This document shows positions 25,235-32,181 of a DNA stretch of 34,093 bases, piece after piece. Source of the DNA: Thermoanaerobaculia bacterium (lineage in GTDB: Bacteria; Acidobacteriota; Thermoanaerobaculia; Gp7-AA8); contig DASQGS010000325.1 of assembly GCA_035632455.1 (NCBI GenBank), forward strand, positions 1 through 34,093. Direction: 5' to 3'. The notes beneath the pieces are model-generated. The model ran no database searches, had not been told where the DNA came from, and worked only from the letters and a program-made list of their open reading frames with translations. Both the position numbers and the translations under genes were made by a program. The first letter of the stretch is position 1. Each line of letters begins with the position of its first letter.

Positions 25235-26437
25235 TCAACCCCCTGCAGGCATTCGGACTTGATCGAATGTTAGATTATGGAGCGAGTATGATGGCTTCGA
25301 ACCGATCGCAGCCACGCCGACGACGATCTCACTCACGATCTGAAACGACTTCGGCGGGGCACCAGAAGTCGCGTCGCCAGCGTCCTCAGCGAAGCTCAGC
25401 GAAACAGTCACGCTCTGTCCAGGAGAGATTTCGGTCGTTGAGCCGAATACAAAGGCATACTTGTCGTTAGGCCGGCCCGGCTCTATCGCAACCATGTTTG
25501 TGCCCATCTCATCCTGTCGCTGAAGCTGGGATACGATCTCCGTAGGAGCGCGAGGAGTGCTCCCACCCCAACCTCCCAATCCGACAGAAACGACATTCAC
25601 CCCGGTCACATTCACTGTAGGCAGAGTCCAAACCCTGCCACGATCGTCCAGTAGTGTCGTGCGTACCACGTCGCCCAAAGTCCAATTGTGTCCGAACGAA
25701 TCCACCGCGTTCAAGGCTACGACCAGGACCTTCTGCGTTTCGCGGTTCGTGAACTCGAAAGAGCACCTGATCCCGTTCGTGCTCTGACCATTCCGATCCT
25801 TGAGCTTCATGGGTAGCGTCGACTTGAGGACAACGCGAAGCGATCCGATGTCTTTCGTCGCGATAGCGTTCGCATCTTGATAGCTCGTGCCGCTGCCAGC
25901 CGCAGTTGCGGATGGTACAGAGGCGTTGGATGAAATGCCTCGATTGAGGAGTAGCTGAATATCGCTGGTCTTTGGGAACGTGATTCTTCCAGCGGCGACG
26001 ATCTTCGCCGAGTCCGTCGAGATGGCTTTGACCATCAGCTCGATTCCTTCGAGGGCGGTGACATTGCCGATCAAGATCGCGTCGACACCCGCAAATTCTC
26101 CCAATTTCTTGGCATTCGCTGGATTCACGAGGCCCTCTTCCGTGAGCTTGTGCTCGGCGAGAATGCTCTTGATGTTCGCCCGGTCGACCATGGACACGCC
26201 GCCGGCGGAGACAATCTCAACGGCGACCCGCTCCGACAGGTAGCGGCCGAGCTCCGTCGGTTGCCCCTGGAGGTCCGTGAAGTCCACGGCCGCGACATTC
26301 TTGAACCCCTGCGCGACGAGCGCCTTGCTGAGTTTGTCGGCTAGCCCCGACATTTCCTGGTTCAGCGTTTGGGCGCGCGCCGCGCCTGCCGTCGCCAACC
26401 AACAAGCCAGAAACACGAGAATGAACTTCTTCCACAT
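25235..26437 (-). CDS. Secreted two-domain protein, paralogue B (400 aa): LpoB/FlgO/CsgG-like N-domain plus unknown C-domain
   Basis: Signal peptide MWKKFILVFLACWLATAGAARA-Q. GAGGAG SD 6 nt upstream. The N-domain pattern is KNVAAVDFTDLQGQPTELGRYLSE...VDRANIKSILAEHKLTEEGLVNPANAKKLGEFAGVDAILIGNV. This looks like the LpoB/FlgO/TolB-N type fold (recognised from memory, not searched). Confidence 0.8.
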   Translation of the reverse strand: MWKKFILVFLACWLATAGAARAQTLNQEMSGLADKLSKALVAQGFKNVAAVDFTDLQGQPTELGRYLSERVAVEIVSAGGVSMVDRANIKSILAEHKLTEEGLVNPANAKKLGEFAGVDAILIGNVTALEGIELMVKAISTDSAKIVAAGRITFPKTSDIQLLLNRGISSNASVPSATAAGSGTSYQDANAIATKDIGSLRVVLKSTLPMKLKDRNGQSTNGIRCSFEFTNRETQKVLVVALNAVDSFGHNWTLGDVVRTTLLDDRGRVWTLPTVNVTGVNVVSVGLGGWGGSTPRAPTEIVSQLQRQDEMGTNMVAIEPGRPNDKYAFVFGSTTEISPGQSVTVSLSFAEDAGDATSGAPPKSFQIVSEIVVGVAAIGSKPSYSLHNLTFDQVRMPAGG

Positions 26438-26477
26438 AGCTGCTCCTCGTTCGACCGGGAATATGGCGAATCAGTAG

Positions 26478-27725
26478 CTATCGGCCGCCTGCGGCTGGCA
26501 GGCTGACTCGATCGAATGTCAGATTCTGAAGCGAATAGGACTCTCTGGCACCGGTCGCCACAACTCCGACAACGATCTCACTCACAATCTGAAACACTCT
26601 CGGAGGGGAGTTAGACGTCACCTCGCCAGCCTGCTGAGCGAAGGCCATGGGAACCGTGACGCTCTGCCCTGGAAGGATTTCGGTCGGCGAGCCGAACACA
26701 AACGCATAGGGCTGGTTCGGGGTAAGACCGCGCGGGTCGGAGGTCGTGTTCGTGCCCGTGTCGTCCTGTCGCCTAAGAAGCGAGGGGACGTCAGAAGGGC
26801 TGTAGACACTGTAGGGATCTCTCTTTCCAGCGGACACGATGCTTATACCCGTCACTCCAGAAGCGGGGAGAGTCCAGACCGTTCCAGACTCGTCCACCAA
26901 TGTTGAGCGCAGAACGTTTCCAACCTGAACATCTCCTATCAGGCGAGGTTGGCCAGAGTAACCCAAGTAGGCGCCAACGGGACCAGGCTCGCCGGGAATC
27001 GCATTCAAGGCAACCAAGATAGGTCGCTGGGTGTCTCGGTTGATAAACTCGAAGATGCACCTGATACCGGTGACACTCCGGCTGTTCGAGCCCCTTTGCC
27101 TAGTAGTCGCCACAGACTTAAGAACGACACGTAGCGCCCCGACGTCTTTTGTTGCGATCGCATTGGCATCCTGATAGCCCGCGGCACCGCCAGTTGGCGT
27201 CGACCCTGAGGCGCTGCCGGGCAGACTTCGAGTGCCGATTCCCTGCAGATCGGGGGTCTTTTGAAACGTGATCTTCCCGGCGGCGACGATCTTTGATGAT
27301 TCCGTAGCAATGGCTTTGACTGTCAGAACGAAGCTAGCGTCGAGTGAGATCACGGTTCCAATCAAGATCGCGTCAACACCAGCGAACTCGCCCAATTTCT
27401 TTGCGTTCGCGGGATTAACAAGCCCCTCCTCGGTGAGCTTGTGCTCGGCGAGGATGCTCTTGATGTTCGCCCGGTCCAACATCGAAACCCCTCCGGCCAT
27501 GACCATCTCAACTGCGAGTTGTTCCGACAGGAAGCGCCCGAGCTCGGTCGGCTGCCCCTGGAGGTCCGTGAAATCGATCGCGGCGACGTTCTTACTGCCC
27601 TGAGTGACGAGCGCTTTGCTCAGGCTGCCGGCTAGCGTCGACATCTCCTTGTCCAGGGTCTGGGCGCGGGCCACTCCTGCGGTTGCCAGCCAGCACGCCA
27701 GCAGCAGAGAAATGATCTTTGGCAT
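26478..27725 (-). CDS. Secreted two-domain protein, paralogue A (415 aa), tandem duplicate of 25235-26437
   Basis: Signal peptide MPKIISLLLACWLATAGVARA-Q. AGGAGG SD 8 nt upstream. Collinear with paralogue B over the whole length and nearly identical in the N-domain and at the C-terminus (FQIVSEIVVGV...YSL.NLTFD.V). Confidence 0.8.
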   Translation of the reverse strand: MPKIISLLLACWLATAGVARAQTLDKEMSTLAGSLSKALVTQGSKNVAAIDFTDLQGQPTELGRFLSEQLAVEMVMAGGVSMLDRANIKSILAEHKLTEEGLVNPANAKKLGEFAGVDAILIGTVISLDASFVLTVKAIATESSKIVAAGKITFQKTPDLQGIGTRSLPGSASGSTPTGGAAGYQDANAIATKDVGALRVVLKSVATTRQRGSNSRSVTGIRCIFEFINRDTQRPILVALNAIPGEPGPVGAYLGYSGQPRLIGDVQVGNVLRSTLVDESGTVWTLPASGVTGISIVSAGKRDPYSVYSPSDVPSLLRRQDDTGTNTTSDPRGLTPNQPYAFVFGSPTEILPGQSVTVPMAFAQQAGEVTSNSPPRVFQIVSEIVVGVVATGARESYSLQNLTFDRVSLPAAGGR

Positions 27726-27813
27726 TTCAGATACCTCCTGTAGGCCCGAATGTCATCTTGAGTGCTCCGTTGTAGCGGCCTGGGCGACGATCGCCTGCTT
27801 TCTCAGGCCATTG

Positions 27814-28743
27814 TCAATACCCGTGTTGGCCGAGCATCTCCAAAATACGCTCCAAACCCTGCGATACCGAATCAGTCTCACTTGTTCCCGCGCCGGCAGC
27901 CTTCAGCTCGAACCCGTCGACGACGCTGCCATCGTCCGAGGAGAGAATGCTGAACGTCACCACGACGGAGGCTGTGAACAGCCCCGCTGCCGACGTACCG
28001 CGTTTCACAGAGTTGCTGACACGGGCGAGAAAGAGCCTGCTCCCCATGCGTGACATGGGCATGTCCTGAAGATCTGCGCCACCTCTCCCGGCGAAGAACA
28101 GATCGAAACCTCCGGCTGTCACAAACTCAGGAGAGAAGACGATGCCGGAGGCGGTCTTGCCACGAGCCTTGAGGTGCCTGACCAGCGCCGTCGTAAACGT
28201 TCCCATCGGTTCGCGTGCCGCGGTCTCAGCGCACACCAAGAGCTCGACCTTATTCGGCAAGTGCGTCGCATAAAGGTAGCTTCGACGACGCTGCTGCACG
28301 CGGATCCGACGGTCTGCATCCTCCTGCGCCTTGCGCCTCGCCTCTTCAACAAGAGTTGCTCGCTCGCTCGCGGGACGGTTTGCGTCTTTCTGCAATGCCT
28401 GAGGTGCGAGAGGGCTCGAAGCCGTAACGACGGAAGAGCTCTCGGACCCCGGGCGGGGCCCAGTTGCCGAGGGTGGCGGCGACTGCGGTTGCGGCGCGGG
28501 TGTGGTTTGCGTGGGCGAATTGGCTTGGGCCGGCAACGCAGCTTGATTGCCACCGTCGACACCCGGTGTGGCCGACGGCCACCAAACGAGTACTCCCCCA
28601 ACTAAGAGAATCACCAGGAGTCCGATCTTCAGGACGCGGCGATAGGATGACTCGTGAATGACATGGATTGCCGCGAATGCGCAGACGGCCGCTACGAGTA
28701 GACCGACCGATTGAAGGATTTCGCTTCGAGATGCGAGGAGCAC
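27814..28743 (-). CDS. Membrane protein (309 aa): two TM helices, Pro/Ser/Thr/Gln-rich linker, charged helix, C-terminal alpha/beta domain
   Basis: TM segments ILQSVGLLVAAVCAFAAIHVI and VLKIGLLVILLVGGVLVWW. Linker AQANSPTQTTPAPQPQSPPPSATGPRPG. Charged helix EEARRKAQEDADRRIRVQQRRR. GTG 28743 is the only in-frame start and has no well-spaced SD. First gene of the three-gene operon. Confidence 0.6.
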   Translation of the reverse strand: MLLASRSEILQSVGLLVAAVCAFAAIHVIHESSYRRVLKIGLLVILLVGGVLVWWPSATPGVDGGNQAALPAQANSPTQTTPAPQPQSPPPSATGPRPGSESSSVVTASSPLAPQALQKDANRPASERATLVEEARRKAQEDADRRIRVQQRRRSYLYATHLPNKVELLVCAETAAREPMGTFTTALVRHLKARGKTASGIVFSPEFVTAGGFDLFFAGRGGADLQDMPMSRMGSRLFLARVSNSVKRGTSAAGLFTASVVVTFSILSSDDGSVVDGFELKAAGAGTSETDSVSQGLERILEMLGQHGY

Positions 28744-28833
28744 GGCTCCAGAATGACAGAGTTCCGTACGGATTGCGACCGACGCAGTTCACTCGCGGCG
28801 AGGCGCATGGATTAACGGGCGAAGATGTGCTGG

Positions 28834-28929
28834 TTCAATCGTCCCTACGGGACTCGACGACAAAACCGTGAAATCCGTGACCGGTCCCAGGACTCCGTCC
28901 TGGGCTATTTTCAATCGCGCCTATGGCGC
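28834..28929. repeat. Cluster of small hairpin modules with a 20-nt direct repeat
   Basis: ttcaatcgtccctacgggac (28834-28853) and ttcaatcgcgcctatggcgc (28910-28929) are direct repeats, each ending in a 5-bp/3-nt hairpin. Between them lies cccaggactccgtcctggg (28886-28904). Confidence 0.6.
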
Positions 28930-28977
28930 TGTCCACGATGTTGCGGCTGTTTGCGGTGGAGTCCTGCCGGACGGGCG

Positions 28978-28999
28978 AAAAGCGGCGGCAAGCCGCCGC
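28978..28999 (-). terminator. Intrinsic terminator after the minus-strand GT2 gene
   Basis: Perfect 8-bp stem gcggcggc / gccgccgc with a 2-nt loop. On the minus strand it is followed by TTTT. Lies 10 nt after the stop at 29009. Confidence 0.55.
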
Positions 29000-29008
29000 A
29001 CTCCATAT

Positions 29009-30424
29009 TTACGTCTCGCCGTTTTCTTCGGTGCCTACGAGGTGTTTGCCGCGGTTGCCGGGGAGCTCGGTGGCATGGCGCATGCCGCCGCGGCGACGGC
29101 GACGGCGACGCGAGGTTCCGGCTGGACGCTGTTGATCCGGTTTGTCGGCATCGATGTCGGGAGCGTCGGCCTCGTTCTGCGGATCGAAGCGAAGATCGTC
29201 GCGATCGGTGGTGGCGGCGGGTGGGGGTGATGGTGGCGCGGCGGCCTTGCCGCGATCCTGAAGTTTGTCTTCGTCGAGGAGCCACACCCATTGAGTCTGC
29301 GCGGTTTCAGGCGCAGGCGCGGACGCTGGCGGGCCGGAGCGGGCAGGTGTGGCCGCTGGTGCGCGCAGCGGGACGGTCGGGCGCGGGGGCGTGGGTGCGC
29401 CCGATCGCTCGCGGCGTGGCGGGAACGGCGGGCGGTCGGCGCGCACGGGACGCTCGATGTGATCGCGCCGCAGCTTGCGCTCGCTTGCGGGCATCTCCAG
29501 ACGCTTGATGCGGATCAGGACCTCTTCGCTGAGGCGGCGGTTGACGGAGATCAGGTCGGCAATCAACGCGATCAGCAGCGTCTGGAAGCCGACGATGAGG
29601 AACACGGCGCCGAGGATGAGCGACTGGAGATGTCCGCCTCGCTGGCCCTGAAAAAGGAACCAGAGGAAGCGAGCGCCGATGGCGACGCCGGCGAGCATCA
29701 GGAGCGAGCCGATGGCGGTGAAGGTCTTGAGCGGTTTGTAGAGCGTGTAGACGCGGAAGATCGTCGCCGCCGATTTGCGGAGATAGCTGCCGGCGCCGCG
29801 GTAGAGGCGCGAGGGGCGAGTCGGCGGGTTCGTGCGCACGACAACCGACTGCACGCCGAGGTTGCGGTTGCCCGACTGGATGATGGTCTCGAGCGTGTAG
29901 GTGAAGGGATTGAAGACGTTGATCTGCATGGCGGCATCGCGCGAGAAAGCGCGGAAACCGCTGGTGACGTCGCCGATGCGGAGGCCGGAAGCCAGGCCGA
30001 CCGTCCAGCTTCCGAGTCGCTGGAGCAGGCGCTTGAAAGGGCTCATGTGCGGGGAGGTGGCGACGTCGCGGTCGCCGATGACGACCTCTGCCGTTCCTTT
30101 GACGATCGGGGCGACGAGGCGGGCGATGTCGGAGCCGTGGTACTGATTGTCGGCGTCGGTATTGACGATGATGTCCGCGCCGAGCCGAAGGGCGGCGTCG
30201 ATGCCGGCCACGAACGCTGCGGCGAGACCGCGGTGGGGCTTGAGCTGGAGGATGTGAGTGGCGCCGGCTTTGCGCGCCGCGTCGACCGTCGCGTCCGTCG
30301 AGCCGTCGTCGATGACCAGGGTCTCGATTGCAGTGACGCCGTCGATGCGCTTCGGGAGGTCGCGCAGCGTCTGGCCGATAGTCTTTTCTTCGTTGAATGC
30401 AGGAATCTGTACGATGAGCTTCAT
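29009..30424 (-). CDS. Family-2 glycosyltransferase (DPM1/GtrB-like) with C-terminal TM segments and a long Pro/Arg-rich tail (471 aa)
   Basis: Contains MKLIVQIPAFNEEKTIGQTL, VIDDGSTD, NTDADNQ (DXD) and GFRAFSR. TM region KTFTAIGSLLMLAGVAIGARFLWF...LILGAVFLIVGFQTLLIALIADL. About 150 low-complexity residues follow. Confidence 0.85.
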   Translation of the reverse strand: MKLIVQIPAFNEEKTIGQTLRDLPKRIDGVTAIETLVIDDGSTDATVDAARKAGATHILQLKPHRGLAAAFVAGIDAALRLGADIIVNTDADNQYHGSDIARLVAPIVKGTAEVVIGDRDVATSPHMSPFKRLLQRLGSWTVGLASGLRIGDVTSGFRAFSRDAAMQINVFNPFTYTLETIIQSGNRNLGVQSVVVRTNPPTRPSRLYRGAGSYLRKSAATIFRVYTLYKPLKTFTAIGSLLMLAGVAIGARFLWFLFQGQRGGHLQSLILGAVFLIVGFQTLLIALIADLISVNRRLSEEVLIRIKRLEMPASERKLRRDHIERPVRADRPPFPPRRERSGAPTPPRPTVPLRAPAATPARSGPPASAPAPETAQTQWVWLLDEDKLQDRGKAAAPPSPPPAATTDRDDLRFDPQNEADAPDIDADKPDQQRPAGTSRRRRRRRGGMRHATELPGNRGKHLVGTEENGET

Positions 30425-31574
30425 GAAAGTCACGGTCATTATGCCCGTCGAGCGCATCGGCGGCGATGCGGAGCGCGCGATCGCGGCGGTGCTGGCTCAG
30501 CGCGCGCCGTTTGCGTTCGAGCTGATCGCGGTCTCGGCGGCGCCTCTTCCCCTTCTGGCGGATAACCGAATACGGAACGTTGTGGAGCCGGATCGTAATC
30601 CCGCAACTCGAAGAAATCGAGCGGCTTCCGAGGCGAGGGGAGAGATTCTGGCGTTCGTGGACGACGATGCGTTCGCCGATGTCGGCTGGCTGGCGACAGC
30701 GGTCGCGTGGCTTGACGAGCACAAGGAGACGCTCGCGCTCGGCGGCCCGGACCCGGCGCCGGCCGGCTCGCCGGCGGCGGAGCTGATCTCGGAGACGCTG
30801 CTTGCGACGCCATGGATCGGTAGCGGGATCGTCTGCCACGAGAATCGCCCTGGCATCTTTCCGATCCGATGGCCGAGTGACATCGCTCTCGTGAATCTGT
30901 TCGTGCGCCGTGAGGCGTTCGAGGCGGCGGGAGGGTTCGACGAGTCGATCGGGTATATCGGAGAGGATACGGGGTTGATTGCGGCATTGATGCAGGGACG
31001 AGCTTCTAGGGACGAGGGACGAGGGACGAGGGACGAGAGACAAGACGCGAGGGCATTGTGTCATCCCGAGCGCAGCGAGGGATCCCCTTCGCAAGAACCA
31101 GAGTCGCTGTTCTTGCCGGGGGATCCCTCGCCGTCTACGCGGCTCGGGATGACACAAGACCCTCGACCCTCGCCTCTCGTCCCTGGTCCCTCGAAAGTGA
31201 TCTACCACTCCGGCGTCGTGGTCTACCATCGCCGGCGCCCGTTCCCTGCCGCTTACCTTCGCCAGCGCTGGCGCTACCGCGTGAAGACCGGCGAGATGCT
31301 GGCGCGTGGAGCGAACGCGTACCGGCGGAGTGGGAGGGTGTGGGCGCTGTTGATCGCGGGCGTGCTGTTTGCGGTCGCGGTGGCCGCAGCGCCGCGGCTC
31401 GCGCTGGCTCTCCTCGCGTGCTACGCCCCGGTGACTCTGATCCTCGGCGCACGGACAACGCGGCTGCCGCCGGTCTGGTGGCCGCTTCTTCCGTTCGCGT
31501 TTCTGGCCCACCACGCGACGTATTTCGCGGGCATCGTGTGGGGCGTAAGGAAGCGACTGGTGAGGAAGAAGTAG
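30423..31574 (+). CDS. Family-2 glycosyltransferase (383 aa) carrying an in-frame repeat-element insertion
   Basis: Contains MKVTVIMPV, ILAFVDDDAF (DXD), FVRREAFEAAGGFDE and GEDTGLIAALMQGR. About 66 repeat-encoded residues follow, then KVIYHSGVVVYHRRR and C-terminal TM helices. Confidence 0.8.
   Translation: MKVTVIMPVERIGGDAERAIAAVLAQRAPFAFELIAVSAAPLPLLADNRIRNVVEPDRNPATRRNRAASEARGEILAFVDDDAFADVGWLATAVAWLDEHKETLALGGPDPAPAGSPAAELISETLLATPWIGSGIVCHENRPGIFPIRWPSDIALVNLFVRREAFEAAGGFDESIGYIGEDTGLIAALMQGRASRDEGRGTRDERQDARALCHPERSEGSPSQEPESLFLPGDPSPSTRLGMTQDPRPSPLVPGPSKVIYHSGVVVYHRRRPFPAAYLRQRWRYRVKTGEMLARGANAYRRSGRVWALLIAGVLFAVAVAAAPRLALALLACYAPVTLILGARTTRLPPVWWPLLPFAFLAHHATYFAGIVWGVRKRLVRKK
30995..31193. 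mobile_element. Composite palindromic element: GGGACGA tandem-heptamer arms flanking a 98-bp core with GTGTCATCCCGAGC / GCTCGGGATGACAC termini
   Basis: Left arm gggacgagcttctagggacgagggacgagggacgagggacgagagac. Core 31058-31155. Right arm ccctcgaccctcgcctctcgtccctggtccctcg. It lies wholly inside the GT2 ORF, and the frame stays open. Confidence 0.8.
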
Positions 31575-31580
31575 CGATAC

Positions 31581-31703
31581 CTGCGGTGCCGTAGCCGTCG
31601 GCGGGTCTTGATTTTTGACTTCTGTGTTACGGAGATCAGAAGTCAAAGACCGGCGACGGCGACGGCGACGCCAACGGCAACGGCAACGGACGCGGAAACG
31701 GCG
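31581..31703. repeat. Palindrome with tandem-hexamer arm (GGCGAC/GGCAAC, about 8-9 units)
   Basis: ctgcggtgccgtagccgtcggcgggtcttgatttttgacttctg (31581-31624) faces cagaagtcaaagaccggcgacggcgacggcgacgcc... (from 31637). The right arm continues as ggcgac ggcgac ggcgac gccaac ggcaac ggcaac ggacgc ggaaac. Confidence 0.7.
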
Positions 31704-31743
31704 TGCCTTTGCGAGGGACAGAGGGCAGGGCTACCATTCGAGT

Positions 31744-32103
31744 ATGCGAATCCTGATGAGCGTTTCCTTGACCTTCGTCTTAGTCGCCGGATGCAGTTCG
31801 ACGGACCCGAAGCCCGTCAAGCCTGCCGCATCCACGGCGCCGAAGGCCGCGGTGTCTCCTGCCGCGACGGAGGGAAATGGGACGAGCTGCGACGACCTCA
31901 TCGTCATCGTCGCCGCGAATGAGAACGACGGGATCAACGCCGAAACCGCCTGGATGCGCAAGCACTATCCCGGTTTCCGGCGCGGCGGCCAGGCTTTGCT
32001 CCAGTGCGGCGACAAGGCGGCCGACAGGATCGACATCACGACCGCGCAAGGGGAATCGAGGCGGATCTACTTCGACATCAGCAGCTTCTTCGGTAAGTGG
32101 TGA
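31744..32103 (+). CDS. Small lipoprotein (119 aa), function unknown
   Basis: Lipobox MRILMSVSLTFVLVAGC-SS. Pro/Ala-rich linker, then a roughly 70-residue globular part ending RIYFDISSFFGKW. No convincing SD. The upstream part of the track ORF runs through the hexamer repeat. Confidence 0.6.
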   Translation: MRILMSVSLTFVLVAGCSSTDPKPVKPAASTAPKAAVSPAATEGNGTSCDDLIVIVAANENDGINAETAWMRKHYPGFRRGGQALLQCGDKAADRIDITTAQGESRRIYFDISSFFGKW

Positions 32104-32181
32104 GAGCGATCTGCAATTTTCACCAAGCGCTATCGGGTTCACGGCTATCGAACGCGCTCAGGCTGGCAGGCGCAACAGGCG

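Noticed and set aside
29291-31646. 779-aa minus-strand ORF (29307-31646) and 424-aa plus-strand ORF (29291-30565) across the GT2 pair
   Set aside because: They have extreme Arg/Pro/His content (e.g. [17 protein letters not shown]) and overlap two ORFs that carry bona fide GT2 motifs. They are not coding.
31608-31922. ORFs starting inside the hexamer tract (31608-31922 and the 5' part of 31615-32103), encoding TATATPTATATD or RRRRRRQRQRQR
   Set aside because: The repetitive peptide is a translation artefact of the GGCGAC repeat. The real gene most plausibly starts at 31744, with a lipoprotein signal peptide.
31744-32103. Small ORF upstream of the radical-SAM gene considered as a RiPP precursor
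   Set aside because: It has a canonical lipobox signal (LVAGC) and a roughly 70-residue globular-looking C-terminal part. It is much larger than typical precursors and has no Cys/Ser/Thr-rich core or Gly-Gly-type leader end. I kept it as a lipoprotein, with the linkage noted in the findings.
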